Positions 20,601-29,300 of a DNA stretch of 64,000 nucleotides are shown here, in pieces (the stretch's first letter is position 1; each line of letters starts with the position of its first letter). The translations under genes were made by a program, and so were the position numbers. Source of the DNA: an uncultured virus (IMG/VR IMGVR_UViG_3300024313_000600) (taxonomy: Duplodnaviria > Heunggongvirae > Uroviricota > Caudoviricetes); IMG/VR virus record IMGVR_UViG_3300024313_000600; one strand, given 5' to 3'. The notes under the pieces are model-generated. The model was not told the origin of the DNA and did not search any database. It worked only from the letters and a program-made list of their open reading frames with translations.

Positions 20601-21070
20601 TTGCTAAGTATTATAAAGACACTGCATTCCGAACTGACTTAGATCATATGCAAGGTTTTATAACGGAATTATCTACTTATGCACAGGATGGTTCATTAGC
20701 AAAAGCTGCTACTGATATTCAATCAATTTCTAATGCTGTAAATTCTATTGATTCCATGAAAGCGGAATCGTTTGCAAATCTATTTAAAGGAGCAGGGGAA
20801 TTAAGTTCTAATAAAAAGGCATATGCCGCACTAGCAGATGCAGTAGAAGAGATAAGAGATATTTTAGGTAACCAAGGTTCAAGTATTGGTGATGCAGTTG
20901 GTGGAGCTATTAATAACGCATTCAGTGGCGGTGGGGATGAAAAGAAATCAGCAAACAATAATGGTGGAATAAACAGGTCAATGAATAAAATTAATTCTAC
21001 ACTATCTCAATTAAATAGTACAATGAAACAATTACCTGTATCCATATCTAATTTGATACCAGAGGATTAG
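17657..21070 (+). CDS. Tape measure protein
   Basis: 1137 aa, Ala/Gly-rich, central hydrophobic helices, ~75-81 aa repeats, follows the chaperone genes. Confidence 0.8.
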   Translation: MAAVTLKDLMDPLSKIEAAAQSTNEKLDALIAVSTGSDGGGNFTKEVVNQLEKQTDLLRVIANSGGDSSNANQVGLLIDEAFTQTQLLTAIEANTSRNPLGGMFSKKGGKAKKSNAGATLEDLGLGAKLTAKAMMLWLLVPKKSLSKFKGFVTDTLDAFQGIKPKKVKAGADALAVASGAAMISAKALMIWAFVPESAIDKFTAYITKLDKALSKTTPKKAKKGAETLALMGDALLKFAKGLALSAILVPLGLIAIPFLLLAVTAVGGIMALIGGKKFSKRIGRGAKTLDKVGDALKSFAIGIGLFALSTMFIIMAPAILIGMVASLVLIPGAIAILGGKKTSKRIRRGALGLALLGVALIPFALGLVLFSMATKGNGIGDVLIQGATILAIGGAAALVGKMGMKNILMGALAMAVNGLGLMVFSLGYVPFADSTKGMSLGDVGVQALVLVAVGGIMALAGLAVGATAGLALAGPALYAAAGLALQELAPGLQAMKKVDFKEKEAKDLSYTLGAVAMAFAGVDPEAGFFANIGNVFTRVVQSGAGVAAAAMYGAAGMALQELSVGLTKFKAIGFTEDDSQELAIALGSVSGAFAQAGGEPASPGGLFGAVFGNTFSPNATERGIDSVMDSGEALSSIVKGLAAFLDLKKKYKLDAKAFQAEGFLNVAITDTLGFLSKSFATIGGMEVEDGWGPFSWDENLVEKGIDAVKGSGRALTDITTGLKSFLDLQIEYGLTSESFKDGGYLQVAVEDTLGFVSKAFATIGGMETEDSWGPFSWDENAVEKGVDAVKGAGKELTNIATGLSSFQELVEKKIDFSPGGKLGMAVSNSLSFVSTAFSAIGGMEEEDGWFIFSWDENTVEKGIDAVKGAGKELTNIATGLKTFAEMGDIDFGKKGKLATAVKNSLSFVGSAFMKIGGMEETDGNWLFSWDENLVQKGIENVDGAGSALTDIAEGLQAFADLENPAGIAEGIETIFTSIGDTFAKYYKDTAFRTDLDHMQGFITELSTYAQDGSLAKAATDIQSISNAVNSIDSMKAESFANLFKGAGELSSNKKAYAALADAVEEIRDILGNQGSSIGDAVGGAINNAFSGGGDEKKSANNNGGINRSMNKINSTLSQLNSTMKQLPVSISNLIPED
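19660..20540 (+). repeat. Four ~225-243 bp imperfect repeats in the tape measure gene
   Basis: IGGME.ED.W..FSWDEN.V.KG...V.G.G..LT.I..GL at about 19700, 19943, 20174 and 20399. Confidence 0.85.
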
Positions 21071-21172
21071 TGTTGTAATAATCATTTTACAAAATCTTAA
21101 AACCTTTTTACTTTTTAGCTATATAAAATATAACAGAGAGATTCTGGAAATAGTATAGTTTAAAAGTATAAT

Positions 21173-21970
21173 ATGGAAAATGTAAAAAACATAGTTTGGT
21201 TTGATTTAGAAACCACAGGAGTAAACACAAGTAGCGATAGAATTATCGAGATCGCAATGATAAAAACCGATTCTGAAGGAAATGAAATAGATTCTTTTCA
21301 GTCATTAGTTAATCCCGGCCCAGATGCAGTTATGAGAGAAGAAGCTCAAGACAAGCATGGCATATCACCAGAACAGTTAAAAGATGCACCACAATTTGAT
21401 TTAATAGCAAAAGAAGTTTTAGACTTTATTGATGATAGTGACTTAGGTGGATATAATGCTCTTTACTTTGATGTACCAATGCTCGTAGAGGAATTTATGA
21501 GAAGTGGTATTGCATTCTCGCATCGCCAAAGAGCTGTAGTAGATCCTTTTTTAATTTATTCAAAATATGAACGTAGAGATTTGAGTACTGCATATAAAAA
21601 ATATACAGGAAAAGATTTAGAAGGCGCTCATAGAGCCGATGTTGATATTCGTGCAACAATGGAAATATTTCAAAAGCAAAAAGAACTTTATGATATGCCT
21701 ACAACAGCAAAAGAAATTGATGATGTTGTAAATGAATCAAGAAAAGATCAAGTAGACCTTAGCGGTAAATATAAATTTGCTGAAATAAACGGTAAACGAG
21801 AAATCGTATTTAACTTTGGTAAAAATAAAGGCAAACCGTTTAAAGAAGTTTATGAAACAGATGCAAGGTATATTCAATGGATTATTGATAAGGGTGAATT
21901 CTCAAAAGAGGTAAAAATCATATCTCGTAAACTCTTAGAAAAAATGAGAGCTGAAAATCCTGTTATTTAA
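21173..21970 (+). CDS. DEDDh 3'-5' exonuclease (DnaQ/epsilon-like)
   Basis: FDLETTG, GYN...FD, AHRADVD, C-terminal FNFGKNKG. Confidence 0.9.
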   Translation: MENVKNIVWFDLETTGVNTSSDRIIEIAMIKTDSEGNEIDSFQSLVNPGPDAVMREEAQDKHGISPEQLKDAPQFDLIAKEVLDFIDDSDLGGYNALYFDVPMLVEEFMRSGIAFSHRQRAVVDPFLIYSKYERRDLSTAYKKYTGKDLEGAHRADVDIRATMEIFQKQKELYDMPTTAKEIDDVVNESRKDQVDLSGKYKFAEINGKREIVFNFGKNKGKPFKEVYETDARYIQWIIDKGEFSKEVKIISRKLLEKMRAENPVI

Positions 21971-21985
21971 ATTGTTAATAACTTT

Positions 21986-22038
21986 TAGAAAAAAGATCTC
22001 ATTTTATTTTCAATTCCCAATTAAATTGATTATATTTA
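21986..22038 (+). promoter_or_regulatory. 53-bp conserved upstream element / early promoter, copy 1
   Basis: 43/53 ungapped identity to 30991-31043. Confidence 0.7.
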
Positions 22039-22062
22039 TAATATAATTAAAAAACACGGAAT

Positions 22063-22359
22063 ATGTCTAAATATCAAGAACTACTACAAAATCCTCCACG
22101 GTTAATCGTAAAGAAAGAAGCAAGAGAGGTAATTATCAAGACGGTAAGTTGTATGTGTGACAATATACATTACCTAAGATTTAAGAAAAATTCAGAAGGT
22201 GATTTTAAAATGTCAGGCAACGGTCATGCTTTATCAAATTGGCAAATGAAACATAAACCTCATGACATTGAATGGATTGCTGATGAAGGTAAGTGGAACC
22301 AAGTATTTAGAATGATCAATACCGGTACAGAAAAAATTGAATCTTTAAAAAGTAGATAA
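22063..22359 (+). CDS. Hypothetical protein
   Basis: 98 aa ORF behind the conserved element. Confidence 0.6.
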   Translation: MSKYQELLQNPPRLIVKKEAREVIIKTVSCMCDNIHYLRFKKNSEGDFKMSGNGHALSNWQMKHKPHDIEWIADEGKWNQVFRMINTGTEKIESLKSR

Positions 22360-22592
22360 TGGCAATAACAACAAAACCAATGCCTGGATCCGAAGAGATC
22401 CACGTAGACTTAAGTGGGCCAGATGGTAATGCATTTGCATTAATTGGATTGGCACAAAAATTAGCAAAACAACTTCACTATCAACCGGAAGAGCGAGGAG
22501 AACTTACGGCAGAAATGATGGGTGGAGATTACGATAACCTGTTAGAAATATTCGATAAGCACTTCGGAGAATTTGTAACATTACATAAATAA
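22359..22592 (+). CDS. Hypothetical phage protein (GPDGNAF motif)
   Basis: DLSGPDGNAFALIG...GDYDNLL. Confidence 0.65.
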   Translation: MAITTKPMPGSEEIHVDLSGPDGNAFALIGLAQKLAKQLHYQPEERGELTAEMMGGDYDNLLEIFDKHFGEFVTLHK

Positions 22593-22593
22593 C

Positions 22594-22779
22594 ATGAAAG
22601 AACCGACACCATACCGAATGATCACCGAAGAAGAACACATTGAAGAAATTCTAACAGAAGCATCTGCTTATGGCTTAAGAGCCGAGGTAAAGCAGTATGC
22701 AGAAAACCTATTAGATGAATCTCCAGAGATGGATCCAATTGATGCCTATACTCATGGGTTTGAAGAGTGGATTAAATAA
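22594..22779 (+). CDS. Small acidic hypothetical protein
   Basis: 61 aa, tightly packed with its neighbours. Confidence 0.6.
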   Translation: MKEPTPYRMITEEEHIEEILTEASAYGLRAEVKQYAENLLDESPEMDPIDAYTHGFEEWIK

Positions 22780-22782
22780 ACT

Positions 22783-22929
22783 ATGGAAAAAGATAACGAA
22801 GGCAAAAAACTAAAAGAAGTTAAGTTAACTCAACAAGAATGGTTTGATGCTCTTCGTGTCCCAACACCTGTAAGAAATAAAAAGAAGTATAGGAGAAAGA
22901 AAAAACATAAAGGTAAAGATGATCAATAG
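22783..22929 (+). CDS. 48-aa basic protein, ArfA-like ribosome-binding candidate (not in the ORF track)
   Basis: MEKDNEGKKLKEVKLTQQEWFDALRVPTPVRNKKKYRRKKKHKGKDDQ*. Confidence 0.55.
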   Translation: MEKDNEGKKLKEVKLTQQEWFDALRVPTPVRNKKKYRRKKKHKGKDDQ

Positions 22930-23182
22930 CGGAAAAGAATGGGATTGGATGGATAGCAATCAAAAATTAAAAAGAGCTATGAACTTTGTAGACATTAAAG
23001 ATGATATGAAATGGGTAGAAAAAGCTATCTTAAATAAATCTAATACTAATTTACATTACCCAGGACTTAAGCAGTTAATCAACATATTTTATAATAAATG
23101 GAAGTCAAAGGATACTATTAAAATTTTAGACTCCTACAAACTTTATCTTAGGTCATTATTAAGAAGTGAACTTGGTAGGTAA
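22919..23182 (+). CDS. Hypothetical protein
   Basis: 87 aa ORF. Confidence 0.55.
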   Translation: MINSGKEWDWMDSNQKLKRAMNFVDIKDDMKWVEKAILNKSNTNLHYPGLKQLINIFYNKWKSKDTIKILDSYKLYLRSLLRSELGR

Positions 23183-23225
23183 TTAAACCTTTTAATATTT
23201 TTCAATATAAAAATAAATCTAAAGA

Positions 23226-25103
23226 ATGGCAGTAAGCATTGAAAAGAAATATCAGAAACTTACAGATACAGAACATGTATTACTTAGACCAGGTATGTAC
23301 ATTGGTTCTGTTAAGCCGCATACTGAGGAAGTTTATCTGTTAGATAGAAGAAGTTGGAAATTAATCCCTAAAGAGATTACCTACAATCCAGGTTTCCTTA
23401 AACTCTTTGACGAGATTGTTTCTAATTCTGTAGATGAGCATAAGAGAAATGTTAAACTTAATCAAGTAAAGGTTAACATTGATATTAAAACAAATAAGAT
23501 ATCAATCTGGGATAATGGTGGTATTCCTGTAGAAATTCATAAAGAGTATAATGAGTGGGTACCTGAAATGATTTTCAGTAACCTAAAGACAGGAAGTAAT
23601 TTTGATGATACTGAAGAAAGAACAGTTGTAGGAACTAATGGTGTAGGTAGTACATTAACAAATATATTCAGTAAAGAATTTACAATTGATACCTGTGATA
23701 AGAAGAAAAGATTTACACAAACCTTTTCAAATAATATGGCAAAGAAAACTAAACCTGCCATAAAACCACAAAAGAAAGGATTTACTGAAATTTCATACAT
23801 TGCCGATTTTAAAAGATTTGGTATGAGTAAGATTGATAAAGCTTCAATTCAAATGATTGAAAAAAGGCTTTATGATATTGCTGCATGTAATCCTAAATTA
23901 AAAATCTGGTTAAACGGAGATCCTATTACATTTAAATCTTTTAAAGAATACTCTGAATTATATACCACACCAGTATTTTATGAACAATCAGAAAATTGGC
24001 AAATAGGAATAGGTCATTCTACCTCAGGGTTTAAAGCTATCTCATTTGTAAATTCTGTTGAAACAAAAGATGGTGGTAAGCATGTAGATAACATCACTTG
24101 GCAAATTACACAATTTCTTAGGGATAAGATTAAAAGAAAGCATAGAGTTGATGTAAAGCCATCAGAACTAAAAAATCACTTATACCTTTTTATTAATAGT
24201 ACAATTATTAACCCAGCCTTTTCGTCTCAAACAAAAGAGAAGTTAATTACCGAACCTAAAGACTTCGGTAGTATTCATGTACTTTCTGATAAGACACTAA
24301 GGCAAGTTTTAAATTCAGAAATAATTCAATCAGTATTAGATTGGATTAAACAAAAGCAAGCTGCTGATGAAAGATCCAAACTTAGAAAGTTAAATAAAGG
24401 TTTAGATAAGAAAAAGGTTGTAAAATTAATTGATGCAAAAAAGAGAGGTGATAGAAGCAACTGTACTCTTGCAATCTTTGAAGGCGATTCTGCATCATCT
24501 GCATTTAGACAATATAGAAACCCAAATATGCAAGGTGCGTTTCCACTTAGGGGTAAATTTGTAAATGTGAGAGAATCTATTCCGTCTAAAGTTGTACAAA
24601 ATAAAGAAGTGCAATCTCTTATGGCTGCATTAGGTTTAAAGATAGGTCATGAACCTAAAGACTTAAGATACGGTAAAATATTATTATACACTGATGCTGA
24701 TGTAGATGGTAATTCTATTTCTGCTCTATTAATTAATTTCTTAGGTAAGTATTGGCCAGAGTTATTTGAACAAGGGAGAGTACTAAAAGTAGAAACTCCT
24801 CTTATGGTTGCTAAGAAAGGTAAAGAGACATTAAGTTTTTATTCTGATGATGATTATAAAGAATGGGAATCTAAACAAAGATCATTATCATCATGGTCAA
24901 TTGAATACAAGAAAGGTCTTGCTGCCTTGGAGAATGAAGAGTACCAGGAAATTATTAGTAATCCTAAAACCTTTACTTTAACTAAAGACAAAGATTTTGA
25001 TAATACATTAGATACATGGTTCTCAAAAGATTCTGAACCAAGAAAGAAAAAGATTCTAGGAGAAGAATTAATTTATAAGAAAAGTAATAAATCATTATTT
25101 TAA
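23226..25103 (+). CDS. Type II DNA topoisomerase ATPase/TOPRIM subunit (gp39+60-like)
   Basis: HVLLRPGMYIGS, EIVSNSVD, DNGGIP, GTNGVG, EGDSA, PLRGK, DADVDG. Confidence 0.95.
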   Translation: MAVSIEKKYQKLTDTEHVLLRPGMYIGSVKPHTEEVYLLDRRSWKLIPKEITYNPGFLKLFDEIVSNSVDEHKRNVKLNQVKVNIDIKTNKISIWDNGGIPVEIHKEYNEWVPEMIFSNLKTGSNFDDTEERTVVGTNGVGSTLTNIFSKEFTIDTCDKKKRFTQTFSNNMAKKTKPAIKPQKKGFTEISYIADFKRFGMSKIDKASIQMIEKRLYDIAACNPKLKIWLNGDPITFKSFKEYSELYTTPVFYEQSENWQIGIGHSTSGFKAISFVNSVETKDGGKHVDNITWQITQFLRDKIKRKHRVDVKPSELKNHLYLFINSTIINPAFSSQTKEKLITEPKDFGSIHVLSDKTLRQVLNSEIIQSVLDWIKQKQAADERSKLRKLNKGLDKKKVVKLIDAKKRGDRSNCTLAIFEGDSASSAFRQYRNPNMQGAFPLRGKFVNVRESIPSKVVQNKEVQSLMAALGLKIGHEPKDLRYGKILLYTDADVDGNSISALLINFLGKYWPELFEQGRVLKVETPLMVAKKGKETLSFYSDDDYKEWESKQRSLSSWSIEYKKGLAALENEEYQEIISNPKTFTLTKDKDFDNTLDTWFSKDSEPRKKKILGEELIYKKSNKSLF

Positions 25104-25105
25104 AT

Positions 25106-26449
25106 ATGAGTAAAAGAACAGTAACAGATTTTTTTGATAAGGAATATCTTGAATATGCTAAGTATGTTGTTGAGAATAGGGCTATACCTAGTTGCATAGA
25201 TGGATTAAAGCCTACACAAAGAAAGGTAGTTTATATTGCAAACAAAATTTGGAAAAGTGGTAATGAAAAACCTATGAAACTTTTTCAACTTGCAGGTAGA
25301 GTAGCGGCCGAGGCATATTACCACCACGGTAATACATCTTTGGAATCTTCTATGGTAGGTATGGCGCAAGAATTTAAAAACTCTTTACCTCTTTTAGATG
25401 GGATAGGTCAATTCGGTTCTTTAAGATCTCCATCCGCAGGTGCACCTCGATATATTAGTGGAAAGTTACATCCTAATTTTAGGTTACTTTATAAAGACTT
25501 TGAATTATTAGAAAATAAAATAGAGGAAGGTGAAAAAATTGAACCTGAATACTTCTTACCTATTATACCAACTGTAATTTTAAATGGTTCATCCGGTATT
25601 GCTGTAGGTTTTGCTACAAATATTTTAAATAGAAATCCTAAGGATGTTGTTAATGCATGCATTGCTGTTCTTAAGGGCAAAAAGATGCCAGTCTTAGCAC
25701 CTTGGTTAAAAGAGTTTAGCGGCACTTTTACTAGAGATACAGTTAATCCAAAAACATGGAAGATAAGTGGGTTATATGAGGTGCTAAACACAACAACAGT
25801 TAAAGTAACTGAAATACCTCCAGGATTTACTTATGAAAGGTATGAAGAACATTTAAATAACTTAACCGAAAAAAGAATCATATCAGGATACGATGATAAT
25901 TCATCAGGACAAGTAGAATATGTACTTAGGTTTCAGAGAGCAGTTCTTAAAGATTATGTAAGCAGAAATAAATTAGAAGCTCTATTAAAAATTAATACAC
26001 AAGAAACTGAAAATCTTACAACGATAGACGAAAACGGTAAACTTAAAATTTTTAATAAGGTAGAAGAAATAGTTAGTCACTTTGTAGGAGTAAGATTAAA
26101 ATGGTATGATACTAGAAAGGCTTATCTGATTGCAAAGTTAGAGAGAGAATTACTTATTATCTCAAATAAAGCAAGATTTATAAAAGATATTATTGATGGT
26201 AAACTTACAGTAAACAATGCACCTAAGAAATCTATTATAATTTATTTAGAAGCAAATAAGTTTGATAAAATTGATGGTTCATATAACTACCTTTTAAATA
26301 TGCCTATCTATTCTTTAACGAAAGAAAGATTTGATGAGTTACTAAAACAAGAAGCTGATAAGAAAGCTGAAAAGAAAATTATAGAAGGTACTGATCCTAA
26401 AGATATGTATCTTTCTGACTTAGAAACTTTAAAGAAAGCAATAAAATAA
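25106..26449 (+). CDS. Type II DNA topoisomerase cleavage subunit (gp52-like)
   Basis: RAIP..IDGLKPTQRK, YHHG, APRY (catalytic Tyr), GIAVGFAT. Confidence 0.95.
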   Translation: MSKRTVTDFFDKEYLEYAKYVVENRAIPSCIDGLKPTQRKVVYIANKIWKSGNEKPMKLFQLAGRVAAEAYYHHGNTSLESSMVGMAQEFKNSLPLLDGIGQFGSLRSPSAGAPRYISGKLHPNFRLLYKDFELLENKIEEGEKIEPEYFLPIIPTVILNGSSGIAVGFATNILNRNPKDVVNACIAVLKGKKMPVLAPWLKEFSGTFTRDTVNPKTWKISGLYEVLNTTTVKVTEIPPGFTYERYEEHLNNLTEKRIISGYDDNSSGQVEYVLRFQRAVLKDYVSRNKLEALLKINTQETENLTTIDENGKLKIFNKVEEIVSHFVGVRLKWYDTRKAYLIAKLERELLIISNKARFIKDIIDGKLTVNNAPKKSIIIYLEANKFDKIDGSYNYLLNMPIYSLTKERFDELLKQEADKKAEKKIIEGTDPKDMYLSDLETLKKAIK

Positions 26450-26492
26450 CTTAAACCTTTTAAGAAAAAGCAATATAAAAATAAACAGTATT

Positions 26493-26645
26493 ATGGCAAG
26501 ATTTAAATTCACAACAAAAGGCGGTACAAAGGTATCAGCATGTGAAACTCTTAATGAGTCCAACGCATGGAAATGGATTGCACAAACTAAAAGGCTAACT
26601 ATTGAACAGGCTAAAGATCTTTATAATATTATAAAATTAAAATAA
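26493..26645 (+). CDS. Small hypothetical protein (50 aa, not in the ORF track)
   Basis: MARFKFTTKGGTKVSACETLNESNAWKWIAQTKRL...; behind the TAAAC-N17-TATAA motif at 26452. Confidence 0.55.
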   Translation: MARFKFTTKGGTKVSACETLNESNAWKWIAQTKRLTIEQAKDLYNIIKLK

Positions 26646-26872
26646 TGATGATAGAACAAAATTCCTCAGTAGACTCTTCAATGATAAACAGAGTCATTTA
26701 CAATTTTCCTAACAAGTCTTTAAAAATTGAATTTAATTCAGGTGCACTTTATGAATACAATAATGTAGAACCAGATGTTTATGACAATTTATGTAAAGCA
26801 GAATCTCAAGGTAAATTCTTTAACGAACAAATAAAAAATAATTACGATCACACTCAACTTTTAATAAATTAA
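26645..26872 (+). CDS. KTSC domain protein
   Basis: VDSSMI..V.Y....L.IEF.SG..Y.Y..V....Y..L..A.SQGKFFN..IK. Confidence 0.9.
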   Translation: MMIEQNSSVDSSMINRVIYNFPNKSLKIEFNSGALYEYNNVEPDVYDNLCKAESQGKFFNEQIKNNYDHTQLLIN

Positions 26873-26875
26873 ATT

Positions 26876-27121
26876 ATGGCAAATAATAACACAACTAACG
26901 TGCTTTATGAAGCATTAAAATCTCAATTTGAAGCACAAAGAACAAAAGCTTTGGCTACTATAACTGTATACCTAACAAACCCGGTAGGTATTGGTGAGCA
27001 TCCTCAAATATTAGATGAAATAGTAGAACAAACAAAATCATTAGCTGAAGCAATCGATTGTTTAAATACTCTTAAAGACAATTTTGAACAGGGCGCGCCA
27101 CAACCAGAAGTGAATGAATAA
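26876..27121 (+). CDS. Conserved phage hypothetical protein (PVGIGEHP motif)
   Basis: YLTNPVGIGEHPQI. Confidence 0.65.
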   Translation: MANNNTTNVLYEALKSQFEAQRTKALATITVYLTNPVGIGEHPQILDEIVEQTKSLAEAIDCLNTLKDNFEQGAPQPEVNE

Positions 27122-27593
27122 AATTATCTTAGTAGGTAAGGCTGCTGCTGGAAAAGATCACATGAGAAAGATCCTTAGCGGTCGAGGTTTTCAATATGGA
27201 ATTTCATATACTACTCGACCGCCTAGAGAAGGCGAAATTGATGGTAAAGATTATTTCTTTTTAACGGAGAGTGATTTTAAACAAAAAATTAACCAAGGAT
27301 ATTGGTATGAATGGATTGAATTCAACGGTTGGTATTATGGAACTAGCCAACGACAATTTACTACGAGCTGCAATCTTTTTATTATGACACCTAAAGGTAT
27401 AAGTCATATTGATCCTGTTGATAGAAAAGAATGCACTATCATATATTTGAATGTTGATGAAAAGATCCGAAGAAAGCGGTTAGAGGCTAGAGAAATGCCT
27501 GGTGATTCTATTGACCGTAGAATGGATGCAGACAACATAGACTTTGAGAATTTTACTGATTTTGATTTAGAAATAAACAATTCCAACTTTTAA
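27114..27593 (+). CDS. gmk: Guanylate kinase-like
   Basis: GKAAAGKD, SYTTRPPREGEIDGKDYFF, YYGT. Confidence 0.88.
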   Translation: MNKIILVGKAAAGKDHMRKILSGRGFQYGISYTTRPPREGEIDGKDYFFLTESDFKQKINQGYWYEWIEFNGWYYGTSQRQFTTSCNLFIMTPKGISHIDPVDRKECTIIYLNVDEKIRRKRLEAREMPGDSIDRRMDADNIDFENFTDFDLEINNSNF

Positions 27594-27611
27594 CTATATA
27601 AAAATAAAACT

Positions 27612-28205
27612 ATGAGTAAATTTATTATCATAGAGGGTACTGATAACACAGGTAAAGACACTCAACAAAATCTTATTATTGAAAAAGTAAATAATTTAGT
27701 ATTTCAAAAATTACATTATTCTTCTTTACCGTTTAAAGAAGATAAAGAAAAACATGTTTTATATTCACAAAAGCTATATGACGATATGTTTAAGCTTATG
27801 ATGGCATCTAAAGACAAGGATATTAATATTATCTTTAATAGATCTCATTTAGGTGAAAGCGTTTACTCTCCTCTTTATAGAGAATATTCTGGTGATTATG
27901 TTTTTGATATTGAAAAAAAATATGTTAAACAATTAAGAGAGGAGCTTTATTTAATTACTTTAACAAATGATCCTCATACCATTCTAAAGAGAGATGATGG
28001 TTTATCTTTTTATGGCAATGAAGAAGAAGTAAAAGCAGAGATCGATGGTTTTAATAGAGCCCATCGTTTAAGTAAAATTAAAAACAAATTAAAAATACAT
28101 CTAGGCACAATGAGTGCTGAAGAAGTATCTAATATTATTATAGATTTTCTAAAGCATGAAAATACTATCAGCGGATCACCTAAACAATTAAATTTATTTC
28201 AATAA
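27612..28205 (+). CDS. Deoxynucleoside monophosphate (thymidylate-like) kinase
   Basis: IIIEGTDNTGKDT P-loop, FNRSHLGESVY. Confidence 0.75.
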   Translation: MSKFIIIEGTDNTGKDTQQNLIIEKVNNLVFQKLHYSSLPFKEDKEKHVLYSQKLYDDMFKLMMASKDKDINIIFNRSHLGESVYSPLYREYSGDYVFDIEKKYVKQLREELYLITLTNDPHTILKRDDGLSFYGNEEEVKAEIDGFNRAHRLSKIKNKLKIHLGTMSAEEVSNIIIDFLKHENTISGSPKQLNLFQ

Positions 28206-28378
28206 TGTCAGCAGAAGATATACTTTACCAAGCACACTATGAAGGTATTAAAGAATTAGTTTTTGCAGAATCTAAAAGACTAAGATCAGAAAATCCTAAG
28301 AAATGGAAATATGCAGAATACGGAGACGTAGTAGAACAAGCATACAAGAACGTAAAAGAAAAACAAAAAAAGAAATGA
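28205..28378 (+). CDS. Small hypothetical protein (57 aa, not in the ORF track)
   Basis: MSAEDILYQAHYEGIKELVFAESKRLRSENPKKW...; its stop overlaps the next ATG (ATGA). Confidence 0.6.
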   Translation: MSAEDILYQAHYEGIKELVFAESKRLRSENPKKWKYAEYGDVVEQAYKNVKEKQKKK

Positions 28379-29283
28379 GAGTTTATAACGGAGAAACATT
28401 TGCCGATGCATACGAGCTAGCATTAAATGATATCTTACACAACCCCCAACATATTTCCTCTCCTAGGGGTATGAAAATATTTGAAGTATCTGATGCAGCA
28501 TTAGTTATCGAAGATCCTACTTATTGTCTATATGAGAATTCTCGTAGGAGTAGTCAATTTAAATATATCGCAGCAGAGTTAGTATGGTATTTTACCGGTC
28601 GTAATGATGCTGATTTTATTACTCCTTATGCAAAATTCTGGGATCAGATTAAAAACAAAGATGGCTCAGTTAATTCTGCTTACGGTAATCTTATCTTTAC
28701 TGAAAATTTAAAAGACGGTAGAAATCAATACCGATGGGCATTAGATTCCTTAATTCAGGATAAAGACTCAAGACAAGCAATCATACACTTTAATAAACCT
28801 ACCCATCAGTGGAATGGTAATAAAGATTTTGTATGTACACTTAATGGTATATTTCAAATAAGAGATAATAAATTAAACTTTACTTTAGATATGAGATCTA
28901 ATGATCTTATACTAGGTACACCTACTGATGTTGCATTCTTTTGTTTACTACAAATTCAAATGTTAGAGCATTTAAGAAAATATTATCCAGAATTAGAATT
29001 AGGTACTTATACTCATATTGCACATTCATTACATTTATATGAAAGGCATTTTAACTTAGTAGGTGAAATGTTACAAAAGTCATTTAATCCTCAGTCATTT
29101 CCAGATATGACAGAATTCTTAATTGATCCAAATGGCAAAGCATTAGATGGTTTAAATCAATTAGAAGAAGAAATGCTTCAAATGAATGATTTAGTTTTTA
29201 AAGGTAATGCAAGCTACACTGTAGATAAACATGATGATCTTTTACATCAATGGATATCTGATGCAATCTTTGGAAATATATAA
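28375..29283 (+). CDS. Thymidylate-synthase-family enzyme, probably dCMP hydroxymethylase/methylase
   Basis: SRQA, KDFVCT, MRSNDLILGTPTD (Asp at the specificity position), SLHLYERH; start revised to ATG 28375. Confidence 0.8.
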   Translation: MRVYNGETFADAYELALNDILHNPQHISSPRGMKIFEVSDAALVIEDPTYCLYENSRRSSQFKYIAAELVWYFTGRNDADFITPYAKFWDQIKNKDGSVNSAYGNLIFTENLKDGRNQYRWALDSLIQDKDSRQAIIHFNKPTHQWNGNKDFVCTLNGIFQIRDNKLNFTLDMRSNDLILGTPTDVAFFCLLQIQMLEHLRKYYPELELGTYTHIAHSLHLYERHFNLVGEMLQKSFNPQSFPDMTEFLIDPNGKALDGLNQLEEEMLQMNDLVFKGNASYTVDKHDDLLHQWISDAIFGNI

Positions 29284-29300
29284 ACAAAATAAAATTTGTT

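Noticed and set aside
28303..28374. N-terminal extension MEICRIRRR... on the thymidylate-synthase-family ORF
   Set aside because: It overlaps the separate small ORF 28205-28378, and ATG 28375 gives ATGA coupling. Starts at 33876, 45048, 49578 and 57472 were shortened for similar reasons.
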